64,000 nt of DNA from a virus (IMGVR_UViG_3300032326_002451:32001-96000), one strand, 5' to 3'; numbered from the stretch's first letter, positions 30,851 to 41,210 are shown. Made by a program: numbers and translations. The notes: generated by a model not told the origin, from the sequence alone.

Positions 30851-31945
30851 TTACTTGATCCAAGTAATGAAGTTAAAGTCTACAGTCATCAAACCAGGAC
30901 TCAAAGAAAAGTTCGAAGTATGAACTATTGCTCTTGTTGTGTCAATATCTGAAGAAAGTAATGATGTCCAACCAAATCCAGAAGATGGAGTCAAACCACC
31001 AGAAATTTGAGCAGCATGCCAAAGTGGGTCATATATTTCCACCCTGAAGTCAGCATTCTCGTATCTTACAACACCAGGATCTTGCAATGTCATATCTGTA
31101 GTTCCTGATTGCAAAGATAAGTTTATGGCTTCATTTGCATCTAAAAATGTACTTGATCCTGTTCCGCCACTGTCAGTAAGGTTTTCAAGAAGTACAGCAG
31201 CTTTGCCACTTCCAGAAACTTTCAAGCCAGAAATACCAATAAATGGAAATTGTGTTCCTGGTTGAAAAGTGATTCCTGAGCCAGATCTTGGAGATCCATC
31301 AGCATTTGTGATTGTTAAGTTTGTACTACCTACACCAGTTGCAACATCGTAACCAGTAGCTCCTCCAAGAGTTCCCCAACCTCTGTAGTCATTCCAATCT
31401 CCTGGGATAAAGAAGTATTTCTTATCAGTACTTGCAGCAACATTGATATTTGCTGACATGACAAAATATTTTCTTGATCCAATTTGCACTCTAATATCAT
31501 AGAATTTTGCTAATCTTGTGGGAGTACCTAAAGGGTTCAAAGCTTCAATCGAGCTGCTACTAATTTCGAATGCTGAAGTATTATTTGGATCACCATCAGA
31601 TTCTAAAGTCAGGCTTACACTTGAAGCATCTTGTCCAATAGAAAAATTAGCTCCAGTAAGAATTGGAAGTACAGCAGTTTGAGGATTGAGAATTTCTCTT
31701 ATTTTTTGGTTTGCTATGTTTCTTCCATCCACAGTGGAACCAGCACCAACAAAAATAGGAGCTTCTATTGAAATTGTCTCATCAACAGTGCCAATATCCA
31801 TAACTCTGGCTTTGGGTGTACCTTGAACATAATTGATGGAGCTTGCTTGCATATTCCTATTTCTGGAAAAGCTTGATGCAACAACTTCTTTGCCACCTAA
31901 TTTTACTGACTTATATACACCAAAAAGGTTATTGTTTATAGGCAT
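30851..31945 (-). CDS. Tail-tube-like structural protein (paralogue A)
   Basis: Beta-rich. N-terminal half aligns by eye with 32014..32970 (S...N.(V/I)QG.P......I.....IS...PI). Gly/Thr-rich insertions. Confidence 0.45.
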   Translation of the reverse strand: MPINNNLFGVYKSVKLGGKEVVASSFSRNRNMQASSINYVQGTPKARVMDIGTVDETISIEAPIFVGAGSTVDGRNIANQKIREILNPQTAVLPILTGANFSIGQDASSVSLTLESDGDPNNTSAFEISSSSIEALNPLGTPTRLAKFYDIRVQIGSRKYFVMSANINVAASTDKKYFFIPGDWNDYRGWGTLGGATGYDVATGVGSTNLTITNADGSPRSGSGITFQPGTQFPFIGISGLKVSGSGKAAVLLENLTDSGGTGSSTFLDANEAINLSLQSGTTDMTLQDPGVVRYENADFRVEIYDPLWHAAQISGGLTPSSGFGWTSLLSSDIDTTRAIVHTSNFSLSPGLMTVDFNFITWIK

Positions 31946-31983
31946 TCAATTTTCCTCAAACTTAATTTAATCTTAGTTATATA

Positions 31984-32009
31984 TTTTTTGAAACCTACAG
32001 CTTAATCCT
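31984..32009 (-). promoter_or_regulatory. Putative phage promoter AGG-N17-AAAAAA(TATATAA)
   Basis: AAGGATT-N14-AAAAAATATATAA, nearly identical to the site at 60917. Confidence 0.55.
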
Positions 32010-32013
32010 TTTT

Positions 32014-32970
32014 TTAAGCTATTGTAAAAACTCCATTTCCATAGGATGGTCTGTTGGGGCTCATAAGAGTTGACCATTCTGTAGTCCTTGTCAAAACGCT
32101 TGGTGTGAGAGGAAGTTGAGATATTTTAAATAAAGGTGTTATGTATCTTGCGGTTATAGGTCCAATTTTGAAAGTTAGATTTTCACCTTGCATCCAACCA
32201 CCGTGAATAAATGTGTTAAGCTCCACGCCACTTCTTAGTAACTCAGTGAAAGAACCTGTCCATTTGACACCTGATATTCCCATAAATTGAATTTGGTCAT
32301 TTCTTGTTGATGCTATTCCAGACTCTTCTGTTTGATATGGAATTAAAAATACAGGAGTTTCCACTTGATTTGTTATCGTTAATGAAAATGAAGTTATGGT
32401 TCTCATGGATGATTCTTCTCTTGAAGCATCACAATCTCCCCAAGTCAAGGCTCGCCCAAGAACATCAAAACTGCCTGGAACTGCAAATTCTGAATTTGTT
32501 TCAGAATCAATCATGCCTTCAAAATTAATTTGTAAACTTACAGCTTCATTTTGCGAACAATTTAATGTAAGGGAATTTACAACCATAGAATTTATTTTTA
32601 GCAGTTGATTGTCATCAGTTCCGCCATTTTCAGCTGTTATGTTATTATAAACAAGCAAATGATTAGTGTCCATAGATAATGCAGAAATTGGATTTTGTGC
32701 ATGATTTAAAATTGCAGTTATTGCTGGTTCTAAAATAAATTCATCATTGACTCTGATAGGACAAGAGATACTTCCTGATATTTTTTTAAATTGAATATTC
32801 GATATTGAAGAACCAGGACCACCTTGGATGAAATTATTTACAGTGTCTATCTCTTGAGTCTGATTTATGTTACATGAGTCAACAAGCAAATAATGTCCAT
32901 TGATCTTTATACTTCTTGTAATAAGACCAGTTGCAAATTCAGCTCTTGTAAGAATTCCAGGATAAGCCAT
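32014..32970 (-). CDS. Tail-tube-like structural protein (paralogue B)
   Basis: VNSLTLNC....VSLQINFEG, LTW, ITSFSLTITNQV...WTGSFT pattern typical of tail tube folds. Confidence 0.5.
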   Translation of the reverse strand: MAYPGILTRAEFATGLITRSIKINGHYLLVDSCNINQTQEIDTVNNFIQGGPGSSISNIQFKKISGSISCPIRVNDEFILEPAITAILNHAQNPISALSMDTNHLLVYNNITAENGGTDDNQLLKINSMVVNSLTLNCSQNEAVSLQINFEGMIDSETNSEFAVPGSFDVLGRALTWGDCDASREESSMRTITSFSLTITNQVETPVFLIPYQTEESGIASTRNDQIQFMGISGVKWTGSFTELLRSGVELNTFIHGGWMQGENLTFKIGPITARYITPLFKISQLPLTPSVLTRTTEWSTLMSPNRPSYGNGVFTIA

Positions 32971-33272
32971 TAGACATACCTTGCATCTTCAACTTGAAAA
33001 AAACTTTTCCATGAAGATGTTACATTTCCATAAGTAAACCATGAATATTTCCACTTACCAATAACATCTATATCAAGGTCAATATAATAAATACCAGTAC
33101 TTTCATTTACAATAGCTGGAGTACTTGCAGTTGTATATGTTGTATAGTTTGTTTCACCAGGTTTCTCAAGCTCAAATTGAATTGATTGAGGATTTGTCAA
33201 AATGCCATCAATATCTCTGATTCTTGCTTTAATTCTAATAGTTTGATTTGTTAAAATAACATCTGACTTCAT
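32970..33272 (-). CDS. Small Ig-fold virion protein
   Basis: D.DG.LTNP...STGIYYIDL...GKWKYSW pattern. TAATG coupled on both sides. Confidence 0.55.
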   Translation of the reverse strand: MKSDVILTNQTIRIKARIRDIDGILTNPQSIQFELEKPGETNYTTYTTASTPAIVNESTGIYYIDLDIDVIGKWKYSWFTYGNVTSSWKSFFQVEDARYV

Positions 33273-36200
33273 TAACTTGTGCTCCTATAATTTAAATCAA
33301 CTTCAATAGTTTGTACTTTAGAAAGTGTGCTGTTTATGTCCTCTAAAATTTCAATATCAACTTCAATAGTTTGTAGTTTTTCATACCATCCTACGACTGG
33401 AATGTGAATTACAGTGATTTCACTTTCAATAGTTTGCTTTCTTTCATACCAAGAATGGATATTTCCTGGGAATTGAGGAATCTTAAGTTTATGTCTGCCT
33501 TGTCTCTCAGCTGTTCTAATACCATAAGGTCTTATGAAACTTTCACTATATAGTTTGTGTAAAGTGAATTTTTTGGTTTTATAAAGATTAATATTGACTG
33601 TATCGGATGCAGTCAATGGTGTATCGAATATCACCTTACCTTCTAACGGATAAAGTGTATATCCTGAACTTAGAATATTAGAGTTGACTATGACTTCTGC
33701 AAATGTGTAGACTGATGAATCCCAGAAGTTGACATTTACTCCATCAATAGTAACAAATATTTCCGTACTCGAGCCGAAACCATTCAATCTGTAAAGTGAT
33801 AAATCAAATTCGCCATTGTGAACCCTTTGTTCACTACTTATGGCCCAAGGATAAATTCTGTCTCTTCTTACAAGTTCGTGATAACCAATTGCTTGAAGAG
33901 ACTCAATTGTATATGGATAAATTCTTGATATTGCTTTTAACTCATGAAGACCTAATATCTCATCACTTATTATTGAATAAGGATTTATTCTTGATACAGT
34001 CGTTAGCTTATGCAATCCAAGATTTTCAAGACTTGTTATTGTATATGGTGAAATTAAGTATCCAACTTTTTCTAAGATATGTAAACCTAAGTTTGAAATA
34101 TCCTTTATTGCAGATGGATAGATGTTATAGTTTGAATTAAGTGTATGTAATCCAATTTGTTCCAAACTTGCAATAGAGTAAGGTCTTATGTCTGAGAAGT
34201 AAACAAATCTGTGTAAACCTAATTTTTCATCATTTGAAACAGCATATGGATAAATATTTTTTACATTCGTTAGTAAATGCAAGCCCGTAGTTTGATCTGT
34301 AAATATAGATGTTGGCCTAATATTTATTGGTGGAATGAATATTGTGTGAAGACCAGTTTGTTCATTACTTACAATACTATAAGGAATAATTGGATATTCA
34401 TATACAAGTCTATGATTTGATGCTTTTTCAATAGTCTTGACAGGATATGGTTGTATATTTACAGATCCAGGTAATAATGTTGGTGGCTTCGGATATAAGT
34501 CTGATGGAGAAGGAACAATTGGACCATAACCAGGCAGTGTTGGGAATGAATTGTTTAGGTAAATGTATTGACCATATCTCAAGGTCATGACACCACCTGT
34601 ACCACTATCTACTATCAATGAATATGGATATATAAATGCTCTTGTAGTAAGTCTGTGTCGCCCCAATCTTTCAACGCTTGATATTGAATATGGCTCTATG
34701 CCAATGTTGTATCTAATCTGATGCAAACCAACATTTTGATTTGTAAGAATTGAATATGGGTAAATAGCCTTAATATTTGATAAAGTGTGAAGACCTAAGA
34801 ATTCATTACTTCTAATAGAGTAAGGATTGATCTGTATTCTGCCAGCCAGTGAATGATAGCCAGTTTTGCTGATATCTAATATTGTATACGGATAAATATT
34901 TTTATTAGAAGTAAGCCTATGTAACCCTAATATTTCATTAGACTTGATAGAGTATGGATATATTGCCTTTATGTTTGCAAGTGTATGCAATCCAAGAGTT
35001 TCACTTGAAACAATTGAATAAGGCAAGATATTGTTTGTACTTCTTAATCTGTGTAATCCAAGCTTTTCAACAGAAATTATTGTGTAAGGCAATATATTTT
35101 TGACTGTAGAAAGTGTGTGTCTTCCAAGATTTTCTGTTGATCTAACTGTATATGGATAAATATTATTGATAGATCTAAGAGTGTGAAGGCCTAATTTTTC
35201 ATCAGAGACTATAGAATAAGGAAGTATTGTAATATTTCCTAATAAACGATGTAAACCAAGTTTTTCTATTGACTTAATTGAGTATGGTCTTATGTCTACA
35301 CCAGCAATAGAAAGTAAATGAACATTAGCTTTTTCAGTAGATAGTATTCTGTATGGATAAATATAATTTAAAGCACGTAATGTATGTAGGCCAGTCTTTT
35401 CAATAGATAAAATTGTGAAAGGATAAATATTTTTTGAAGTTGTGAGTCTATGCAAACCAAGTTTTTCAATTGACCTAATCGAATATGGCACTATTCCTCT
35501 TATTGAAGTAAGTACATGAAGGCCTAACTTTTCATTTTCCTTAATTGTGTATGGATATATATAAGCTAAACCACGTAATGTGTGTAGTCCTAATTTTTCT
35601 ATAGATTGTATTGCTGATGGGAAAATGAAATTGCCACCAGTTGTAAGTATATGCCTTCCCAATCTTTCCGTAGTTCGAATAGCATAAGGCCTAATATTTG
35701 CCAGCGTATTCAAGGTATGAAGGCCTAAAAGTTCAGTGCTTACAATTCTATAAGGTAAGATATTTGTTACTGATGAAATCCTGTGTAATCCAAGCTTTTC
35801 ATTTGTGATAACACTGTAAGGATAAATATTTTTTGCAGATGTAAGTCTGTGTAATCCTAAAATTTCATTTGATCTTATAGAATAAGGATTGATATTATTT
35901 CTTGCATTTAATCTATGAATTCCAAGATTATCAATGCTTATGATTGAATATGGAATGATTGAACTAAATTTACCTAATCTATGTAAACCTAATTTTTCAC
36001 TTGAAATTATTCTGTAAGGTAAAATATTTACATTTCCAGGTGAAAGTCTATGAACGCCCAATAATTCTGTTGATCTGATAGAATATGGTCTTATTCTCGC
36101 TAATGATGTAAGTCTGTGTCGTCCTAAATTTTCTAAACTTATGATTGTATATGGGATTATATTAATTCTTGAAGATAATCTGTGATATCCCAAACGATCA

Positions 36201-39200
36201 ATTGTGAGCACAGAATAAGGTCTTATATTTACAGATCCTGGCACTAAGTTATGAAGGCCTAACTTTTCCACTCCCAGGATTGATGCGGGTCTTATGTCTG
36301 ACCCTAATGCGATTAAGACATTTTTACCAGAAACACGCTCTGTGCTAATTAATGAATAAGGTAATATATTTTTAAGTGATGTAAGAGTATTTCTGCCTAA
36401 TTTTTCTAAACCTAAAATTGATTTTGGATAAATATTGTAAAGACTTCTTAAAGTGTGTAATCCAGTTTTTTCAGCAGTTGAAATACCTCTATTTGCTAAG
36501 TTAATAACAATTCCACCAAAAGTAAGTCTTGGTAACCCCAATCTCTCCGCTGAAGGAATACCATAAACATAATCAACGAATTGAGCTTCAATATTGGTTA
36601 GGTGATCAAATGCAGAATCACTAAATGCTGTGATACCCATGTAACCTTTAGTGTAAGTGGTATCAGTTACAATTAAAGTAGCAGCAGTTACTAAGGATCC
36701 ACCACCAGAGGCATATAATTTAGCTGTTATTACACCGGAATCTGTCCATGTTACAATAATTCTATACCAAGTGTTTGGTATGACGAGTCCAGGTAAGTTG
36801 TACGAAGCTAAAGTTGTTGTTGTACCACCAATAGTTCTTCTTAAAGAGAATGATGGATTCCCAGTGGTATTTGCAGCGTTGACCACAGCAAAGTAACCAT
36901 TTCTCACATCAGATGCTTGTACGCCAAAAGCTAAACCAGCTATACCATTACCGCTTAGAACTTGCAACCAACCTGCCCAGTAGAAGTCTGCGCCTCTGAG
37001 ATATTCCAAAGGATATGCAATTGTTGCAGTACCAGCTGTATTTGGGAATGCAGTAGATCTTCTTAAAGATTTTCCTTCAGGGTATAAACTGTAGGCTTGT
37101 TCCCATATAAACTGATCACTATTTCCAAATGTAAATACATTTACATCATCTAATTTATCGTAAAATCTATTTCTAAATCTTAATCCTGATCCTGTTGACT
37201 CTACAGATAAAATAGAATATGGTTTTATAAATCTTAATAATTTATGCAAACCAAGTTTTTCTGTGTCTCTGATTGAGTAAGGATTGATATTTCTTTGACT
37301 TTTAAGAGTATGTCTGCCCAAATTCTCAAGAGTTTTTTGAGTGTAAGGTCTAATATTGCTTGTAAGTTTTGTCTGCAAAGAAACATTTTCAAATGTTCGA
37401 ATAGAGTATGGCAGTATGTTTGTTAACGCACGTAATCTCTGTCTGCCAATATATTCAATAGACCTAACACTATAAGGAACAATTGATTTTATGGTAGATA
37501 ATCTGTGCTGACCAAGACTTTCTACAGAAATAATTCTGTATGGTCTTATATTTGAAATACCCGTGGACAATCTTACAAATGAAGATGTTTTTTCTGTTGA
37601 AATCAAAGAAATATGAATTATATTTGATATACCACGTAAAGTATTTCTGCCTAATCTTTCAATAGATCTGATACTATATGGATAAATATTCTTTAGTGTT
37701 CTAAGGTTATGTATTCCTAAAAACTCATTAGATATAATTCTATAAGGTCTAATGTTGTATGCATTTTTAGATACAGTATGGTATCCATTTCTCTCTGTCG
37801 ATAAAATAGTTCTTGGATAAATATTGTAATTTGAAGAAATATTTTGCCTGCCAATAATTTCAATGCTTCTTATTGAATATGGTAGAATATTTTTTCTGGT
37901 AGTAAGTCTATTAACATTTGTAGTTTTTTCTGTAGATCTAATTGTGAATGGAAGAATATATGCCGCAAGTCCGGAAATTATTTGTCTTCCTAAAAATTCT
38001 GTTGACCTTAAGGAATATGGTCTTATATTTACTCCACTTACTGTAAATCTAACAAAACTTGAGACAAATTCCATAGATTTTATTGAATATGGTCTTATGG
38101 AAGCAATATTTGATAATGTGTTTAGCCCAAGTTTTTCTGAATCCTTGACGGGATAAGGTCTTATGAATAATGATCCGGCTGAAAGTCTATTGTATCCAAC
38201 TCTTTCAGTGCTTCTTATGCTGTACGGAATTATATTAGCAATTGTGGAAAGTCTATGTACTCCAAGTCTTTCATTAGAATAAATTCCATAAGGAATTATA
38301 GATCTAAAAGCTGATAATGCATGGTGCCCAGTTCTTTCAATGGACAAAATCCTATATGGGTAAATGTTTCTTATCGAAGATAATCTTGTGATATTTCCAA
38401 TTTGTTCAATAGATCTTATGCCGTAAGGTCTAATGAATGAAAGACTTGAAAGTCTTTGCTGGCCAAGATTTTCAATTGACCTAACACTGTACGGAATAAT
38501 ATTTTTTATATTTGATAAATTGTGAATTCCAAGCTTTTCAATAGAATTTATTGTGTAAGGATATATATTTCTTAAAGATGAAAGTCTATTGAAACCACTT
38601 ACAAGTTCTATCTGCTTTATCGAATAAGGAATTATAGATCTTATGGTAGATAATCTATTTTGGCCCAGTAATTCTGTAGATGTTATTGAGTATGGTAAAA
38701 TATTTTTTATTGATGATAATCTGTGATATCCAGTACTTTGAGTTGTAAGAATTCTATATGGATATATATTGTAAGCTGCTTTAAGTAAAGTTGCTTGCCC
38801 AAATCTTTCTAAATCAAATATAGAGTACGGGATAATATTTTTTCTTGTTGTTAGGACATGATATCCATTGTTCTGAACACTAAATATAGAATATGGTCTT
38901 ATGTTATTATTGCTGCTTAGTCTCTGAATTCCAATAAGTTCTGTTGTTCGTAAACTATATGGATTTATTGTTACTTGACCTGAAGATAATCTATTTCTTC
39001 CTAATCTTTCTGTTGATAAGATTGGGTAAGGTATAAGTTGACTTCCTTGAGCAAAAAATCTATTATAAGGCGCCAAAAATTCTATTGACTTAATACTATA
39101 AGGAATAATATTAATTGCGCCTGGTGTTAATCTTGACAGGTTGCCTAATTTTTCTATTCCTAAAATACTCGGAGGAAGGATATTATTTTGAGCTGATAAT

Positions 39201-40984
39201 CTTACTGCATTATTGGTTTTTTCTGAAGAAAAAATAGAATAAGGTCTTATTGAAGAAGCTCCAGGAGATAATGTAGCCAAACCTAATTTTTCTAAATTTA
39301 AAATTCCTGAAAAACCTTCAATAAATTGAGCTTCTATATTTGTTAAGTGGTCAAAAGCAGTATCACTGAATGCTGAAATACCCATATACCCTGTTGTATA
39401 TGCAGTGTCTGTAGCAGTCAAAATACCAGCAGTGACTAAAGACCCACCTCCAGATGCATACAGTTTAGCTGTAATTAATCCAGAAGATGACCAGGTGACA
39501 ATTATTCTGTACCATGTATTAGGAATTACAAGTCCTGATAAATTGTATGAAGCTAATGTGGTAGTTGTACCGCCTACTGTTTTTCTCAGTGAAAATGATG
39601 GATTTGCTACTGTATTAGCAGCATTTATAACCGCAAAGTATCCATTTCTGACATCTGAAGCTTGAACTCCAAAAGCCATGCCAGCAATTCCATTACCACT
39701 AAGAATTTGCAACCATCCAGCCCAATAAAAATCTGGACCCCTATCGTACTCCATTGGCAAAACTATAGTTGCTGTGCCAGCAGTGTTTGGAAATGCAGTA
39801 GATCTTTTTAAGGTTTTTCCTTCAGGATATAAACTATACGCTTGTTCCCAAACAAATTGGCTTGTGTCTCCATAGTTAAAAATATTTACTTCATCAAGCG
39901 TGTCATAAAATCTATTTCTAAATTTATTAATTCCCAATTTTTCAATTGATTGTATAGATCTTGGGTAAATTGAATTTGAAGCTGATAGTCTTTGGTTACC
40001 AATTGTTTGATTACTTGAGATACTTGCTGGATTTATTCGTTTTTGTGTACGTAAATTTGTTCTTCCAAGAATCTCATTAGATCTTATTGCATATGGATTT
40101 ATATTTTTAGTGCTTGCTAATCTTGATCGACCTAAATTTTGTGCAGAAACTACAGAATGAGGCCTGATTCGAGCAGCGCCTTTTAATATTGTTGTACGCC
40201 CAAGAAATTCTAAAGTCTTGGCTGAGTATTGATTGATATTTCTGACAACACGATGTCGTGTAGAAACAAATTCAGTAGAGCGAATTCCATATGGATTTAT
40301 GTTATCTGCAGTCGTTCCACCAGTGTAGGTTACAACAGCATGTATTCTATCAATTTTTGCAAAATCTATGCCACCTGTAAAACCATCTTTGAAAAGATTG
40401 GTTGACAAAACTACACCAAAGTTTGAACTTTTTATTTCACTTGGTGTCCATGTAGTTCCCCAAAGATAACTTGTATTACCTAATGTTTCAGTTTCTTCTG
40501 TAATGTTCCAATAAGGAGGTGTTATAGAATTAGCTGTAAACCAGTCAGTGCCTGTCTCATTTGTACCATCTTTAGATAAGTAAACTCTGTCTAAAGAACA
40601 GCCATAAACAGCTTCACCTACTTCATTCAGTTTGTGTTCAACGTATACTTGTATTCCTGTAATAGTAGCGTCATTAGGTATAGATGATGCTCCAGAACCA
40701 TTTTTTACAATTAAATAAGATGAAATACCATTGTCAATTACAATAACATTTACATTAATTGTTCCAATAGTGTCTGCTAATATTTGAAATCCATATTGAT
40801 TGTCAGAAGCAAATAAATTTTGAGGATTGCCACTTGGAAAAGTAAATCCAACATCATTATTTATAAGATTCGTTCCATCAGAAGCCCAAGTTAAATAACC
40901 ATTGTTGGCATTTCCTTGAACATAGTACATTCTGTCATGTAATTTTTGAGCATAAGCTGAGAATGTAATTGTTACTGTAGGCAT
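33272..40984 (-). CDS. Giant repeat protein (roughly 75-80 x ~22-aa IxPYSIxSxExLGxHxL repeats) with two lectin-like domains; putative fibre spine
   Basis: Repeats are directly visible in the translation. Two 200-aa duplicated beta-sandwich domains. C-terminal triple (WYE)KxQTIE repeat. Confidence 0.8.
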   Translation of the reverse strand: MPTVTITFSAYAQKLHDRMYYVQGNANNGYLTWASDGTNLINNDVGFTFPSGNPQNLFASDNQYGFQILADTIGTINVNVIVIDNGISSYLIVKNGSGASSIPNDATITGIQVYVEHKLNEVGEAVYGCSLDRVYLSKDGTNETGTDWFTANSITPPYWNITEETETLGNTSYLWGTTWTPSEIKSSNFGVVLSTNLFKDGFTGGIDFAKIDRIHAVVTYTGGTTADNINPYGIRSTEFVSTRHRVVRNINQYSAKTLEFLGRTTILKGAARIRPHSVVSAQNLGRSRLASTKNINPYAIRSNEILGRTNLRTQKRINPASISSNQTIGNQRLSASNSIYPRSIQSIEKLGINKFRNRFYDTLDEVNIFNYGDTSQFVWEQAYSLYPEGKTLKRSTAFPNTAGTATIVLPMEYDRGPDFYWAGWLQILSGNGIAGMAFGVQASDVRNGYFAVINAANTVANPSFSLRKTVGGTTTTLASYNLSGLVIPNTWYRIIVTWSSSGLITAKLYASGGGSLVTAGILTATDTAYTTGYMGISAFSDTAFDHLTNIEAQFIEGFSGILNLEKLGLATLSPGASSIRPYSIFSSEKTNNAVRLSAQNNILPPSILGIEKLGNLSRLTPGAINIIPYSIKSIEFLAPYNRFFAQGSQLIPYPILSTERLGRNRLSSGQVTINPYSLRTTELIGIQRLSSNNNIRPYSIFSVQNNGYHVLTTRKNIIPYSIFDLERFGQATLLKAAYNIYPYRILTTQSTGYHRLSSIKNILPYSITSTELLGQNRLSTIRSIIPYSIKQIELVSGFNRLSSLRNIYPYTINSIEKLGIHNLSNIKNIIPYSVRSIENLGQQRLSSLSFIRPYGIRSIEQIGNITRLSSIRNIYPYRILSIERTGHHALSAFRSIIPYGIYSNERLGVHRLSTIANIIPYSIRSTERVGYNRLSAGSLFIRPYPVKDSEKLGLNTLSNIASIRPYSIKSMEFVSSFVRFTVSGVNIRPYSLRSTEFLGRQIISGLAAYILPFTIRSTEKTTNVNRLTTRKNILPYSIRSIEIIGRQNISSNYNIYPRTILSTERNGYHTVSKNAYNIRPYRIISNEFLGIHNLRTLKNIYPYSIRSIERLGRNTLRGISNIIHISLISTEKTSSFVRLSTGISNIRPYRIISVESLGQHRLSTIKSIVPYSVRSIEYIGRQRLRALTNILPYSIRTFENVSLQTKLTSNIRPYTQKTLENLGRHTLKSQRNINPYSIRDTEKLGLHKLLRFIKPYSILSVESTGSGLRFRNRFYDKLDDVNVFTFGNSDQFIWEQAYSLYPEGKSLRRSTAFPNTAGTATIAYPLEYLRGADFYWAGWLQVLSGNGIAGLAFGVQASDVRNGYFAVVNAANTTGNPSFSLRRTIGGTTTTLASYNLPGLVIPNTWYRIIVTWTDSGVITAKLYASGGGSLVTAATLIVTDTTYTKGYMGITAFSDSAFDHLTNIEAQFVDYVYGIPSAERLGLPRLTFGGIVINLANRGISTAEKTGLHTLRSLYNIYPKSILGLEKLGRNTLTSLKNILPYSLISTERVSGKNVLIALGSDIRPASILGVEKLGLHNLVPGSVNIRPYSVLTIDRLGYHRLSSRINIIPYTIISLENLGRHRLTSLARIRPYSIRSTELLGVHRLSPGNVNILPYRIISSEKLGLHRLGKFSSIIPYSIISIDNLGIHRLNARNNINPYSIRSNEILGLHRLTSAKNIYPYSVITNEKLGLHRISSVTNILPYRIVSTELLGLHTLNTLANIRPYAIRTTERLGRHILTTGGNFIFPSAIQSIEKLGLHTLRGLAYIYPYTIKENEKLGLHVLTSIRGIVPYSIRSIEKLGLHRLTTSKNIYPFTILSIEKTGLHTLRALNYIYPYRILSTEKANVHLLSIAGVDIRPYSIKSIEKLGLHRLLGNITILPYSIVSDEKLGLHTLRSINNIYPYTVRSTENLGRHTLSTVKNILPYTIISVEKLGLHRLRSTNNILPYSIVSSETLGLHTLANIKAIYPYSIKSNEILGLHRLTSNKNIYPYTILDISKTGYHSLAGRIQINPYSIRSNEFLGLHTLSNIKAIYPYSILTNQNVGLHQIRYNIGIEPYSISSVERLGRHRLTTRAFIYPYSLIVDSGTGGVMTLRYGQYIYLNNSFPTLPGYGPIVPSPSDLYPKPPTLLPGSVNIQPYPVKTIEKASNHRLVYEYPIIPYSIVSNEQTGLHTIFIPPINIRPTSIFTDQTTGLHLLTNVKNIYPYAVSNDEKLGLHRFVYFSDIRPYSIASLEQIGLHTLNSNYNIYPSAIKDISNLGLHILEKVGYLISPYTITSLENLGLHKLTTVSRINPYSIISDEILGLHELKAISRIYPYTIESLQAIGYHELVRRDRIYPWAISSEQRVHNGEFDLSLYRLNGFGSSTEIFVTIDGVNVNFWDSSVYTFAEVIVNSNILSSGYTLYPLEGKVIFDTPLTASDTVNINLYKTKKFTLHKLYSESFIRPYGIRTAERQGRHKLKIPQFPGNIHSWYERKQTIESEITVIHIPVVGWYEKLQTIEVDIEILEDINSTLSKVQTIEVDLNYRSTS
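36578..37177 (-). repeat. Copy 2 of duplicated 200-aa ConA/lectin-like domain
   Basis: FRNRFYD...DHLTNIEAQF; about 35 of 200 aa differ from copy 1 by hand alignment. Confidence 0.9.
39323..39922 (-). repeat. Copy 1 of duplicated 200-aa ConA/lectin-like domain
   Basis: Same boundaries and length (600 nt) as copy 2. Confidence 0.9.
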
Positions 40985-41015
40985 TAGATCACCATGCCAT
41001 TACACATAAAAACAG

Positions 41016-41088
41016 TTAAACAAAAGCCCAATCTATGTGACAGACTGCATTGTCTTGAACGAATTTTAGATTGGGTATTTTTGTTTAA
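41016..41088 (-). promoter_or_regulatory. Structured leader hairpin upstream of the 2570-aa gene
   Basis: TTAAACAAAA/TTTTGTTTAA and CCCAATCTA/TAGATTGGG arms with an inner AGAC/GTCT stem. Confidence 0.55.
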
Positions 41089-41156
41089 ATAAAATCTCAT
41101 ACTTGATGCCTTGACCATCACGAAAATATATAATATTATTTTTCTGGATAAGCAAT

Positions 41157-41192
41157 AAAAAAGCCTAATAATAATTGCTTATTATTAGGCTT
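41157..41192 (-). terminator. Intrinsic terminator after the 197-aa/80-aa genes
   Basis: Perfect 14-bp stem AAGCCTAATAATAA/TTATTATTAGGCTT with a 4-nt loop, followed by a U-run on the minus strand. Overlaps an AGG-N17-CAGAAA promoter-like site (41141-41166). Confidence 0.8.
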
Positions 41193-41210
41193 ATTGAGTT
41201 TTAAAAGGTC

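Noticed and set aside
36578-39922. Duplicated 600-nt segment as a diversity-generating retroelement TR/VR pair
   Set aside because: Both copies are in-frame in one CDS, differences are mostly synonymous and not adenine-specific, and there is no reverse transcriptase in the window.
33272-40984. ~66-nt periodicity as a CRISPR array
   Set aside because: The repeats are conserved at protein level only, with no identical DNA repeats or unique spacers and no cas genes.
41016-41088. tRNA or SECIS-like element
   Set aside because: No cloverleaf can be formed. The tandem GA-like arrangement is on the non-coding strand, and no in-frame UGA gene is nearby.
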